64,000 bases of DNA from a virus (taxonomy: Duplodnaviria > Caudoviricetes): the IMG/VR virus record IMGVR_UViG_3300029798_000001; one strand, given 5' to 3'. The translations under genes were made by a program, and so were the position numbers. Within the stretch, counting starts at the first letter, position 1, and every line of letters begins with the position of its first letter. Positions 19,362 to 29,434 of this stretch are shown piece by piece. The notes under the pieces are model-generated. The model was given only the letters and a program-made list of their open reading frames with translations, made no database searches and was not told the origin of the DNA.

Positions 19362-19988
19362 TAGTACCACCTTTGAAATAGTTAAATGACTTTTTATTCC
19401 AAATGTATCTGTATTATTAGGTAGACTTGCATCAAGATGAAATTTATTATGTATTAACAGTTTATTTTTAATCTCAGGTGGCAATATATGGTCAACATTA
19501 TCCCAATAAAAATAAAATTTTTGTTTATTCCACAGTAGTTGTTCCACTTGAGTAAAATAATCAATAAATTTGTTAACTGCTTGAATTTTATTCCCGGGTG
19601 ATATAACTTTCTCTGAACCGATGCGTTGTCGGTCAAGATTATTAAATTGTATTAAAAATAAATCATTAGTGGTGCGTTTAGTTAGATTTTTTAAATTTAA
19701 TAAATGATCGTAATTTTCATGAAAATAGCACCCTAATGAACAATTAATATAACCAAGCCCTGCTTGTTTAGCGACTTGATATCCGTAAATATCAGCTTCA
19801 GCAATACCAATGCCAAAACTAATTGAATTGCCGATAACAATTACTGAATCACGATTATATTGTTCAGGGGAACGAAACCCAAGAGAATTAAATTTATAGG
19901 TAATATTATTAGACTGATCATAGCCAAAATTAATAACTTCTTGCCCTGCTAGGCTACCCATAGTGTTTGATACGAACCAGTTTTCCAT
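19347..19988 (-). CDS. hypothetical protein, SGNH-like, in AT-rich insert
   Basis: YKFNSLGFRS, IGNSISFGIG. Confidence 0.55.
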   Translation of the reverse strand: MENWFVSNTMGSLAGQEVINFGYDQSNNITYKFNSLGFRSPEQYNRDSVIVIGNSISFGIGIAEADIYGYQVAKQAGLGYINCSLGCYFHENYDHLLNLKNLTKRTTNDLFLIQFNNLDRQRIGSEKVISPGNKIQAVNKFIDYFTQVEQLLWNKQKFYFYWDNVDHILPPEIKNKLLIHNKFHLDASLPNNTDTFGIKSHLTISKVVLSKLA

Positions 19989-20686
19989 TTAATGATTTCC
20001 TTGAGAATTTTTGTATTGCTAGATGAGTCTATGTTATTAATATCTTTTAAAAAATTACTTAATATATCTTTGTTGAGTAATTTATAATCCTGATAGATAT
20101 TGTTCCAGGGTTTCCATCTATCTGTACTCACTGATATATTTAAAAATTTAAAAATTTCTAATATTTTACTATCCAGGGTATTAAATATATCTTGGTAATT
20201 AACAATAAAATTATCAGTGTTATCAGGTAGATTATAATAGTTAAGAAAAAAGTTATTTGATAGATCCAGTAGGACTTTTTTAACTTGTTCTATATTATAT
20301 TTTTTACTAAGTTGATCTGTAATATGAATAAATGGACTATTAGTAACTGTAGTATAATGCCTCGCTAGTTGTTCTGGACAAAATTTGCTGTTATCAAAAA
20401 TAATTTTTTTACTTGGTATTTCAATTAACAATTTAAAATCATTATCATCTTTTGGTACAATGTACACTATTGAGTTTTTTGATGCTGTCAACAGCGTCGA
20501 TCGGTCAGCATTGGGATCTAGATGATCTTTTTTAAAATTGTGCGCTGTAAACTTATTAATTGGATTAATATCTACTTGAACTTTATCGTTAAATAATGTA
20601 TAATAGTATTCATCGCCACATAAATAGGCAATAGACCAATTTAAAAAAGTAAAGCCGCACCCGCCAGGGCCAATGGTTAATATCAT
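19949..20686 (-). CDS. hypothetical protein, sulfotransferase-like P-loop
   Basis: N-terminal GPGGCGFTFLNWSI. Confidence 0.5.
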   Translation of the reverse strand: MILTIGPGGCGFTFLNWSIAYLCGDEYYYTLFNDKVQVDINPINKFTAHNFKKDHLDPNADRSTLLTASKNSIVYIVPKDDNDFKLLIEIPSKKIIFDNSKFCPEQLARHYTTVTNSPFIHITDQLSKKYNIEQVKKVLLDLSNNFFLNYYNLPDNTDNFIVNYQDIFNTLDSKILEIFKFLNISVSTDRWKPWNNIYQDYKLLNKDILSNFLKDINNIDSSSNTKILKEIIKWKTGSYQTLWVA

Positions 20687-20705
20687 AAGAAAGAAAGAAA
20701 GAAAA

Positions 20706-20990
20706 ATGCGCTACCTACTACTTACCTACTATACCAAACCCAATGGCCAAATTGATGAAGCTATGACCCTAAGCAATCGTATCAGAACAAAAGATTGGCA
20801 AACAGTTAATGTTATCCTGGATTTTAAGGAACTTAAAGTTATAAAAGCCGCCATGAACAATGTAACCGTACCAAAAGATTGGGATCGCATTGTTGGTTAT
20901 TATTATCAACACTATTCGGCGACGATTGAACGCTTGTTCCAAGAAAACGGGCATCCTATTGATATTAAAGCTGAAATTCCAGCCGGTTGA
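20706..20990 (+). CDS. hypothetical phage protein
   Basis: Likely start MRYLLLTYY at 20706. Confidence 0.65.
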   Translation: MRYLLLTYYTKPNGQIDEAMTLSNRIRTKDWQTVNVILDFKELKVIKAAMNNVTVPKDWDRIVGYYYQHYSATIERLFQENGHPIDIKAEIPAG

Positions 20991-21016
20991 CCAATAATGA
21001 CATTTCATAGTATAAT
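20987..21016 (+). promoter_or_regulatory. sigma70-type promoter
   Basis: TTGACC-N18-TATAAT. Confidence 0.7.
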
Positions 21017-21021
21017 GTATT

Positions 21022-21624
21022 ATGAAATCAAAATATAGAAACAGAAAAAATCTTATCCTCACAGATTTTGACGGCGTCTGCGGTGATTGGGAATGGGCAT
21101 TTAATGTCTGGATGCAGGAGCACGGGTTTGAGGAAGTTCCGGGTAGCAAACTTAACTATGACATGAGTGTTCGCTATGGCATACCTAGAGAACAAGTAGT
21201 TAAACTAATACGAATCTTTAACGAAAGCGCCGCAATTGGATTTTTGCCGGCACAGCGCGATGCCATGTATTATGTCAAACGCCTACACGAGGAACACGGA
21301 TACAAATTCCACTGTATTACTAGTTTAAGTTTGGACCCTAATGCGCAGAGATTGCGTGAAATGAATATCCACAAAATGTTTGGCCCAACAGCATTTGAAA
21401 GAATTGTATGCCTAGACACCGGAGCACACAAGGATGAAGCTCTTGAAGAGTACGAAGGTACTGGTTTGTATTGGATTGAGGACAAAATTGAAAATGCTGA
21501 GGCCGGTTACCGAGCAGGTTTAAAATGTTTGCTCATGGAACACGGCCACAACATGCACCACTATCATCCTAGTATAACACTCGTAAAAAACTGGAAACAC
21601 ATTTACGAGTTAATTACTCAGTAA
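21022..21624 (+). CDS. HAD-superfamily phosphatase (5'-nucleotidase-like)
   Basis: LILTDFDGV motif I; CITS; WIEDKIENA. Confidence 0.8.
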   Translation: MKSKYRNRKNLILTDFDGVCGDWEWAFNVWMQEHGFEEVPGSKLNYDMSVRYGIPREQVVKLIRIFNESAAIGFLPAQRDAMYYVKRLHEEHGYKFHCITSLSLDPNAQRLREMNIHKMFGPTAFERIVCLDTGAHKDEALEEYEGTGLYWIEDKIENAEAGYRAGLKCLLMEHGHNMHHYHPSITLVKNWKHIYELITQ

Positions 21625-22591
21625 CACCACAGGTAGTATTGCAGGCATATATTTGATGTTGATCATTCCAGGTTTGTTCAACGCGATCAAACCAACTGAT
21701 AGCCTGCTCGATTCCCACTTCAATGGCATTATTGTTTTCAGGTAACAATCGTTTGATCCCGGGATTACCGGTATGATTCATAACTCTAGGATAAAAACCC
21801 AGCCAACAGCAAGGGTATATTTCGCCGGTTGCACTGACATACAAAGATTTCGATCGTTTAACTTGACATTTAATTGGTTTAGGCTCAACCACCGGGTCTA
21901 TTAGATTATTTCTGCGTGAGCCTTCCCACCACGCGACTTTTTCTTCCCAATTTTTTGGCTCAATATTTTCACCTATATCATGCGAAAATTCTCGGTTACG
22001 ATTAAAAACTGAAAATTGATTTCGTCCGTGGTCTACCAGTTCAAATCTTTTGAATCCTAACTGTTCACTTAATTTGCGGCATTCCTCAATTTGATGTAGG
22101 TTGTGGTCAAATTTAATCATTGTCCAGATTGCGTTTCCGCCTGCGGCAATAAATTTTTGAGCATTTTTTAAAATAAAATTATAATCTGTATACTGTCTGT
22201 ATAATTGATGAGTGTCTTCCAGGCCGTCAATTCTAAAAAACACCGTAACATTCAATTTCCCTAGTGGCTCCCATATTGCTGGTTTGGCACTGGCATTGGT
22301 AGATATTGTTAGATATAGTTTAGGATTTTGTTTTAAGAAATACTCAACAATTTTCAACCCATCACGGGCTGTAACAAAATCTCCGAGATTGCCGTTTATA
22401 TTGATACTTTTTAACTGCTGTAAAAAACTGGGTTGAAAAATAGTTTGAGCTTCTGCCAAAGTCATATCATGGATAGGATAATCGTCAACGATATCAACCC
22501 CACCCATATTTCGCGGACATCCGGGACAACCAGCGTTACATCTAGTTGAAATTTCTAAGTGTACAGCTCTGATTTCAGAATAAGAATACAT
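21614..22591 (-). CDS. radical SAM protein with C-terminal SPASM/twitch-like domain
   Basis: CNAGCPGC CxxxCxxC motif; C-terminal C...G.IYPCC...C..TC. Confidence 0.9.
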   Translation of the reverse strand: MYSYSEIRAVHLEISTRCNAGCPGCPRNMGGVDIVDDYPIHDMTLAEAQTIFQPSFLQQLKSININGNLGDFVTARDGLKIVEYFLKQNPKLYLTISTNASAKPAIWEPLGKLNVTVFFRIDGLEDTHQLYRQYTDYNFILKNAQKFIAAGGNAIWTMIKFDHNLHQIEECRKLSEQLGFKRFELVDHGRNQFSVFNRNREFSHDIGENIEPKNWEEKVAWWEGSRRNNLIDPVVEPKPIKCQVKRSKSLYVSATGEIYPCCWLGFYPRVMNHTGNPGIKRLLPENNNAIEVGIEQAISWFDRVEQTWNDQHQIYACNTTCGVTE

Positions 22592-22698
22592 CTGATATTT
22601 ATTGTAGAATAATACAACATATTATTTAATTACCTGTACATCATCTTTGGACCATTGTTGATCGAATAAATTAATCAAATCCGGTGTATTGGCTAGTT

Positions 22699-22968
22699 CT
22701 AAATTGTTTTGCCATAATATTTGGCATTGGTATCCAACTGCCAATTAAATTGATTTAGCAGATAGTCTTGAAGATTGTTTGATCCAACAGGAGATATGTT
22801 ATCGATATCTCTTAAATTTTGCTGCATACCATAGCTGCGACCAGTTGCAGGGTCAATGGACCATTGATTGTTGATTGTGTGAGGCAGGCTTCCGATCCAC
22901 CCTGCAACAAAATCTCCGCGGGCGCCGCCTATGCCCAGAGTTAGATAAAGTGATATAGGGTAGGTCAT
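22699..22968 (-). pseudogene. probable internally deleted or frameshifted accessory gene
   Basis: GGARGDFVAGW N-terminus; protein-like C-terminus LWQNNLELANTPDLINLFDQQWSKDDVQVIK continues in another frame. Confidence 0.45.
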
Positions 22969-23068
22969 ACCCTATATTTACTTTTAAATTAATCAGTGTA
23001 AAGTTTTAGTATTGACCGGGATACCATATCTAAGTATGGCACCCCGACCAACTGTTCTACAGATACGC

Positions 23069-23806
23069 CTATTCGTCGGCGTAGAGTTTGAGAATATCCT
23101 TGATCATTGGGTGACGTTGAACGTCACGATCATCAAGATTACATACAGAAATACCGTTTACACCTCCTTTCTGTAATCTTTCGCATAAATCTACGAGGCC
23201 GTTACTGCCCTTACTGTGGTCTGCTTGTTCAGCATCACCTGTTATTACTATCTTACTACCTTCCCCAATACGGGTCATAAGCATCAATACCTGTGCTTTT
23301 GAGCTATTTTGAAATTCGTCAGCAATAATATACGCACTTTTGAAAGTACGGCCCCTCATAAATCCCAAGGGTGCAATCTCGATGGTCTGATCTTCAAGCA
23401 TGGCAGCAATATCCTGTGGCCTGTAATACTCTCTAAGTATATCAGTTAGTGGGCGTACCCACGGATCCATCTTTTGATTTAAGTCGCCTGGTAAAAAGCC
23501 ATGCTTCTCACCTTCTACTCCAACTGCTGGTCGCGTTAATACAATGCGATCTACTTCTCCGGCTCTGAACGCCTTTACTGCTGCTAGCATGGCCAAATAT
23601 GTCTTTCCTGTTCCTGCAGGCCCTGCTGTAACGACAATATGCTGACTATCGTCTTGTAAAGCCAATACTAACTTTTCCTGATTTCTAGTTCTAGGAACTA
23701 TGTTAATCGGGCGTTGTTTTACTGGTTTTACTTGATCGAAGCGAATTGTATTTTCTTGGTATGTCATACGGCTTTTTTGTGATTTTACTGCTCGTTGCTT
23801 ACTCAT
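23069..23806 (-). CDS. phoH: PhoH-family ATPase
   Basis: GPAGTGKT, LTRPAV, GFLPGDL..KMDPW, MRGRTF, DEFQN, GD..Q.D. Confidence 0.95.
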   Translation of the reverse strand: MSKQRAVKSQKSRMTYQENTIRFDQVKPVKQRPINIVPRTRNQEKLVLALQDDSQHIVVTAGPAGTGKTYLAMLAAVKAFRAGEVDRIVLTRPAVGVEGEKHGFLPGDLNQKMDPWVRPLTDILREYYRPQDIAAMLEDQTIEIAPLGFMRGRTFKSAYIIADEFQNSSKAQVLMLMTRIGEGSKIVITGDAEQADHSKGSNGLVDLCERLQKGGVNGISVCNLDDRDVQRHPMIKDILKLYADE

Positions 23807-23983
23807 GTAATCTCCGTTGTTGAGTTGAGTTAAAGTAACAGCGACATGCTGTTATAGATATTTACGGACTTAGATCTAAAAGTTTAGTATGGGTACTAAA
23901 TGATTTAAAAACGGCATAAGTATTAGGCTAGGCTGTAAATTAACCAAACTCTTGCTAGCGATCAACTAGCCATAAATAACTAT

Positions 23984-24562
23984 ATGGATCAAGAAATCTT
24001 TAAAAATCATCAGGATTATTGGCAGGTGGCAGAAAACATCCGCGACATATACCTTAGCGAAGGAAGTTTGCTCACGCTGTTAGACTTTGAACGGGTATTA
24101 GATGAGCTAGATATCTATGCCTTTAAAAACTGGGCGGTTGGGGAGCTAGTACAAGGCCCTACGGTTACTAAGTATCGTGTAAGTTGCATATTCATGTGGC
24201 CTGAAAAACTCATGCCAGACCCACGCGGCGCTCGCAGACTATTACCATTTGACTGCAAGGTCGAATACAAAAAAACCAACATGAAGATTCCAGTTAAAAT
24301 TATGGACCCGTCTGATTATCGTCCTGGTACCCATAAAGCTAAGATTACAGAAAAGAAAATCTGGCTAGTAGAAATTACCATGCCCAAAGCTCTAATGAGC
24401 GATATACGCACAGGTAGTATAGAATTAGAAGATCAAGATATTGATCTTGCAGACCTAGATGATGCATCCGAACAGGATTTAGGTAAAGATGAATTCCAGG
24501 ACCAACAACAAGCTCAAAATGCACAACAATCACTTAGCCAACCTCAACTCCCTGCTTTCTGA
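23984..24562 (+). CDS. hypothetical phage protein (late)
   Basis: TAAATA 5 nt before ATG; DFERVLDELDIYAFKNW..GELV.GP. Confidence 0.7.
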   Translation: MDQEIFKNHQDYWQVAENIRDIYLSEGSLLTLLDFERVLDELDIYAFKNWAVGELVQGPTVTKYRVSCIFMWPEKLMPDPRGARRLLPFDCKVEYKKTNMKIPVKIMDPSDYRPGTHKAKITEKKIWLVEITMPKALMSDIRTGSIELEDQDIDLADLDDASEQDLGKDEFQDQQQAQNAQQSLSQPQLPAF

Positions 24563-25088
24563 AAGCCTGGACTATAAAGAAATGGAAGGCTTAATGAAGC
24601 CTACTGTTCATGTGGACGAATTTAGTTCCAAGATGGGCGATGACGATGATATCATTGTTGTTAGCTTTTTTATACGCGATGCACAGGCCGCCAGAGATCT
24701 AATGAATTGGTTTGAAAAAGGGTACGACTTTGTCCTAGATGCTGACCGTAGCCCTGGAGAAATCAAACCAAATCGTTATCTGGTCTATGTAGAAATTCGT
24801 CGGCGCAGTACTGCAGGTGGGCATGTAGAACAACTATTAAACGATCTTAATACGTTAACTGAGCACGAAGATAGTAAAGATTGGACTATGCACTATAAAG
24901 GTAAAGAAGTTCCTTTTAGTCGTGATACATTTGACAGTATGGTTCCATTAAGTCCTAAAGCGTATCGTGAAAAATATGAAAAAGATCTAAATGAAGTACG
25001 AACAGCCGCAGGTATTCCTATAGTTACTACATACGACAAGCGAGATCGGGCATTACAATCAATTCAAAGTGCCGCTGGCATAATCTAA
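24519..25088 (+). CDS. hypothetical phage protein
   Basis: Likely start 24519; VHVDEFSSKMGDDDD motif. Confidence 0.7.
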   Translation: MHNNHLANLNSLLSESLDYKEMEGLMKPTVHVDEFSSKMGDDDDIIVVSFFIRDAQAARDLMNWFEKGYDFVLDADRSPGEIKPNRYLVYVEIRRRSTAGGHVEQLLNDLNTLTEHEDSKDWTMHYKGKEVPFSRDTFDSMVPLSPKAYREKYEKDLNEVRTAAGIPIVTTYDKRDRALQSIQSAAGII

Positions 25089-25127
25089 AAATCCTAGTAT
25101 TATCATAAACTAGGTATATAATTACCT

Positions 25128-25811
25128 ATGAATCTAAAAAGTTTTGGATGTAGTTTTATCTTTGGCAGTGAATTAGCCGATGACGGTCGTGATAGTTTGT
25201 ACGCTACGCCTAGCCAATTAACTTGGCCAGCGCACCTGTCTCGGCACCTAGCAAAAGAATACCAATGTTATGCTAGACCCGGTGCCGGCAATTTACACAT
25301 CCTTGAACAATTATTAAATCAAGCAGCTATTAGCAATAACTCTGATTTGTTTGTTGTTGGATGGACTTGGATTGATCGCTTTGATTACTATCCTGCTAAC
25401 CCAGACACTCCTAGCCGAAGCCCGTGGCGTACTATTATGCCGGTGGATAAAGATTTATTGGCTAAAACATATTATCGAGAGTTACACTCAGAATATCGAG
25501 ATAAATTTACCTCGTTGAGTTATATAAAGTTAGCCATAGATACACTTAATCAAAAAGGTATTCCGTTTATTATGACCTACATGGATTATCTGCTATTTGA
25601 TCAACAATGGCATACTACCCCGGCTGTTATGGATTTACAAGAATATATTAAACCGTACCTGACTACTTTTGAAAATAAAACTTTTTTAGAATGGAGTCGT
25701 AGTCGAGCATATCCAGAAACAATAGCATGGCATCCACTAGAGGCTGCACATGCTGCAGCTGGCGAATATATGATTAAAGTTTTTGATAAACAAAATACAA
25801 TCGATCGTTAG
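25128..25811 (+). CDS. hypothetical protein, SGNH-like
   Basis: FGCSFIFGSEL, GAGN, HPLEAAH. Confidence 0.6.
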   Translation: MNLKSFGCSFIFGSELADDGRDSLYATPSQLTWPAHLSRHLAKEYQCYARPGAGNLHILEQLLNQAAISNNSDLFVVGWTWIDRFDYYPANPDTPSRSPWRTIMPVDKDLLAKTYYRELHSEYRDKFTSLSYIKLAIDTLNQKGIPFIMTYMDYLLFDQQWHTTPAVMDLQEYIKPYLTTFENKTFLEWSRSRAYPETIAWHPLEAAHAAAGEYMIKVFDKQNTIDR

Positions 25812-26502
25812 CATCCTTCTTAAACTCTAATAATTTAAGATTATACTTTTCAGCAAAGTCAGTTACCACTTCAAAACTCCACGGAAAAAGTTCTACATAT
25901 GGACCAGTTTTATGTGTAATACCCGGATTGGCTCTTAGGTAAAATCTACCACCCGGTTCTAGCAAATCTACGCAATGGCTAAATCGAGCCTCGATCTCAT
26001 CTCGACTATTAAAGTTAATTGACCCCAACGCAATAATAACATCGTGCTTATGCTTAACCTTGTAATCTAAAATATCAACTTGGAAATCAGCGTGATCGTT
26101 GTAGGGATCGATGCCCACTAGATTTTGTATACGGCCTTTGAACGGATGATATCCACACCCAACATCTAATACATTTTTAGGGTTAAGTCTGTTGACTTCA
26201 TCAACTAATTGCCAGCCAGTGTGATTATAGTCATCCGTGCGCGGTTTCCAAATTTCACCAAAAAAGCGTAGAATGTAACGTTCGCTAATGGTGTCTACAA
26301 TATCAAGTAGTGGGCCATTGAATGCACAATCTTCCAAGGCAAGTTCTGCTTCTACATGATCCTTAAATTTGCGATAGCGAGCAGGGGTCCACGGTAGCAG
26401 ATCTACTACTGTATCCTTGTTGATAACAATGTTTTTATACTTGGGTAAATTAAAGGTTGTTGTTAAATTTTCTTTAATTAGGTTAAAAATTTTGGTATTC
26501 AT
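25774..26502 (-). CDS. class I SAM-dependent methyltransferase with N-terminal ACP-like helical domain
   Basis: VLDVGCG, GIDP, LLEPGGRF. Confidence 0.8.
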   Translation of the reverse strand: MNTKIFNLIKENLTTTFNLPKYKNIVINKDTVVDLLPWTPARYRKFKDHVEAELALEDCAFNGPLLDIVDTISERYILRFFGEIWKPRTDDYNHTGWQLVDEVNRLNPKNVLDVGCGYHPFKGRIQNLVGIDPYNDHADFQVDILDYKVKHKHDVIIALGSINFNSRDEIEARFSHCVDLLEPGGRFYLRANPGITHKTGPYVELFPWSFEVVTDFAEKYNLKLLEFKKDANDRLYFVYQKL

Positions 26503-26593
26503 TGAAATTTTCCGTTAAATGATAAATAAATTTACAAAGAGCTTAAAAATTTTAAGTATCTTGTAATTCATGATAACTATTTAAGGAGATTAT

Positions 26594-27289
26594 ATGAACT
26601 CAAAAGATTTCGTTGCCAAGATCGTGGCAGACAACCAAGCACTATTCCAAGCTAGTCAACACAATGTTAAAGCATACTTTGACAGCAAACCAGCTCAATC
26701 TGAGCTAGTAGACCACTTTATTGGCCGCATGGTCAATGAGCGCATGAACATGGTTGAAATCAGCCAAGCTATTGCCCAAATGCCTGCTGATGCAGATCCT
26801 GTAGAATTGCAGTTGCTTACACAGCAGGCCGCTGATGAAGCTGTTCATTTCCGTATGGTTAAAGAAGTTATTGAACACATCACCGGTGCTCCAGTTGATG
26901 TTGAGGCCGCCATCGCTCGTGAAGCCGCCAAGCCAACAGCCAAAGGTGCTGGTTTGTTAGCCAAGTATGAAGCAGAGTCAGATCCAGTTGCTCTTGCCGC
27001 TTATCAGTTGGTTGCCGAAGGTCGTGCCGAAGCTGTTTGGAACACAATGGCTGAGTGTATTGAAGACGAATTTGTTTCCAAGTCATATGCTAAGATTGCC
27101 AAGGACGAGGGTTTCCACAGCAAGATTGGTGCTCGCAAGTTAGAGCAGTTAGTTACAGACGCAGAAGTTGCTGCTAAAGTTGAAACTTTGGTTGCCGCTA
27201 TGCGTAAAGACTTGTATGAAATTTCATGCAAAAATACTGTAGCCGCTGAGTCTGGCAAGCAATTAGTAGCAGACGCTTACGGGTGGTAA
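26594..27289 (+). CDS. ferritin-like diiron protein
   Basis: E...DEAVH...E...DEGFH, paired ExxH diiron motifs. Confidence 0.8.
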   Translation: MNSKDFVAKIVADNQALFQASQHNVKAYFDSKPAQSELVDHFIGRMVNERMNMVEISQAIAQMPADADPVELQLLTQQAADEAVHFRMVKEVIEHITGAPVDVEAAIAREAAKPTAKGAGLLAKYEAESDPVALAAYQLVAEGRAEAVWNTMAECIEDEFVSKSYAKIAKDEGFHSKIGARKLEQLVTDAEVAAKVETLVAAMRKDLYEISCKNTVAAESGKQLVADAYGW

Positions 27290-27292
27290 TCG

Positions 27293-27844
27293 TTGAAGAT
27301 AGGATTAACACAACGAATCCTATATCATAACGGGCAAGCGTATGACGCCACTCAACACGGGTGGTATTCATACTTAACGGGTCATACGCTTGTTCCAATC
27401 GCAAACAGAATAGATCAAGATTTTGAGCAGTTGGCAGTAGATTTAGACGCCGTAATTATCACAGGTGGGGACGATTCAGCTCTTCGCCGCACAGTAGAAT
27501 TAAAGTTAGCAGGAGCGATGGCCTTACGCAAGAAACCAGTGGTTGGTGTTTGTCATGGTTGTTTTTTGTTAACAGAAGTATTGGGTGGCACGGTAGTAGA
27601 CATAGTAGGGCATCATAACACCGCTCACAATATAAACTATTTTGGAGAACTGATAGCGGTTAATAGCTATCATACTTTAGCAATCACGGAATTGCATAAA
27701 TCTGGCACGGTGCTAGCCACAGATGAAGAAGGCAATTGTGAAGCCTGGATTGATGGAGCAACAGCAGGGGTAGTATGGCATCCAGAGCGTATGAAAGACG
27801 CATGGTTACCGGACGAAATTAAAAATTTATTATTCAAGGACTAA
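27293..27844 (+). CDS. class I glutamine amidotransferase-like (peptidase C26/PuuD-like)
   Basis: ITGG, GVCHG nucleophile, VNSYH, WHPE; TTG start. Confidence 0.88.
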   Translation: MKIGLTQRILYHNGQAYDATQHGWYSYLTGHTLVPIANRIDQDFEQLAVDLDAVIITGGDDSALRRTVELKLAGAMALRKKPVVGVCHGCFLLTEVLGGTVVDIVGHHNTAHNINYFGELIAVNSYHTLAITELHKSGTVLATDEEGNCEAWIDGATAGVVWHPERMKDAWLPDEIKNLLFKD

Positions 27845-27845
27845 A

Positions 27846-28820
27846 ATGAAAAAGTTATTATCAGTATTATTATTGTTGCCAGCATTGGCATTTGCGTGGG
27901 AACCCACAAAGCCAGTTGTGGTTATTGTGGGTAATACCCCAGGGGCTGGAAACGAAATCGCGTTTCGCAAACTAGCAGAGATTGTTCAAAAGAAGAATCC
28001 CAAGTTTGTGTATGTAGTGGAAAATCGCCCGGGTGCTGATTCGGTAGTAGCGCAGAATCATTTTATACAACAGCCAGCGGATGGCTACACTATTAACTTG
28101 CCTAGTCATATGAGCACTTATGTTACCAATGACATTTGGGAAGCAAAGACCAAGAAGTTCCAATACGATAGTTTCATTGATGTGTTGACCATGGGCAAAA
28201 GTCCGTTAGCACTAGTTGCCAGTCCGTTAAGCCGTGTTGATACACCATTGGATTTTGTTCGGTTAATTGCTACAACACAGAAACCTATTAATATTGCTGT
28301 AGGCGGTGGTGCTCATAGAACAGCATTTGAATACCTAATGACCAAGAACAACGGCAAGACAGAGTTTATCAAACCTATCAAGTTTAACGGCCCATTGCCA
28401 GCAGTGATTAGTGTATCGGCATTTGATGGTAAAGATGGCACAGAGTTTGGTATCATGCCTATCGCTGTGGCCCGGCCCTTGGTAGAAGCAAAGAAAGTTA
28501 AAATCATTGGCTTCACTGGAAATAGAATAATGTCACAGTATCCCGATGTTCCATTGTTGAACACAGTAGCGCCTGGTATCAATGTATATGCCGCTTGGTC
28601 AATAGAGTTGCCAAAAGGCACGCCGGATGATGTAGTGGCCTGGTATCAAAAGAACTTTGCAGACGCTGTTCGCAGTGAAGAATATAGAGAATGGCGTAGA
28701 CAAAATGTAGTATTTTATGATGAATCTGAACTAACACCGGCAGGGTTAAAGAAACATATTGAAGAACTTCGCGCTACATTTTTACCAGTGCTACAACGAA
28801 TCGACCTAAGTAAAGAATGA
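27846..28820 (+). CDS. tripartite tricarboxylate transporter substrate-binding protein (Bug/TctC family)
   Basis: Signal peptide; VVENRPGA, PADGYT, YPDVPLL, LPKGTPDDVV. Confidence 0.88.
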   Translation: MKKLLSVLLLLPALAFAWEPTKPVVVIVGNTPGAGNEIAFRKLAEIVQKKNPKFVYVVENRPGADSVVAQNHFIQQPADGYTINLPSHMSTYVTNDIWEAKTKKFQYDSFIDVLTMGKSPLALVASPLSRVDTPLDFVRLIATTQKPINIAVGGGAHRTAFEYLMTKNNGKTEFIKPIKFNGPLPAVISVSAFDGKDGTEFGIMPIAVARPLVEAKKVKIIGFTGNRIMSQYPDVPLLNTVAPGINVYAAWSIELPKGTPDDVVAWYQKNFADAVRSEEYREWRRQNVVFYDESELTPAGLKKHIEELRATFLPVLQRIDLSKE

Positions 28821-29434
28821 AATATATCTTTTGTGCCGGTGCTCCTGGCAGTAAATGGAGCAGTTTGATCAAAAACATCTACTATAGTCCTAGTGTTGAT
28901 CGCACAGACTATACAGAAGCTAGAACATATTGGCATGATGCTCCGGGACAACTTGAGCTTATGCATCTAGGTGCTTACTTTGATCCGGGTATGGAGTTTG
29001 ATTTGCCGGCGGATCTAAGCACTTTGAGTCAGGCTGAACTGGAACGCCGCTTTGACGAGCCATTCTCAGGTAAAGGTGTGCGTATTATAAAGAGTCATAT
29101 ATTTGCACACAACATTGACTTTTTACGTCACACCTGGCCTGATGCTCCTATTATTCTAGCACAACGTGGTGATGATGCTTGTTTAGGTTGGTGGGTCAAG
29201 TGTGGGCACTTTAATATTACCTACCCAAGCTACGATAAGTATTATAAAGATTTACGGACCATGTCAGGAATTATCGCCGACCAAAATCGCGATATACAGA
29301 CAGCGTGGAACAAATATGAAGGTATGATGCCCACAGACAACTTTGCCTTGGCACATATACTAGGTATTCTGCCGGTGCCGGCAGAATATAAACAGAACTA
29401 CAACAAATCAGACCTAGGAGTAAAAGTAATATGA
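28817..29434 (+). CDS. hypothetical protein, sulfotransferase-like P-loop
   Basis: YIFCAGAPGSKWSS N-terminal loop; IIKSH. Confidence 0.5.
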   Translation: MKYIFCAGAPGSKWSSLIKNIYYSPSVDRTDYTEARTYWHDAPGQLELMHLGAYFDPGMEFDLPADLSTLSQAELERRFDEPFSGKGVRIIKSHIFAHNIDFLRHTWPDAPIILAQRGDDACLGWWVKCGHFNITYPSYDKYYKDLRTMSGIIADQNRDIQTAWNKYEGMMPTDNFALAHILGILPVPAEYKQNYNKSDLGVKVI

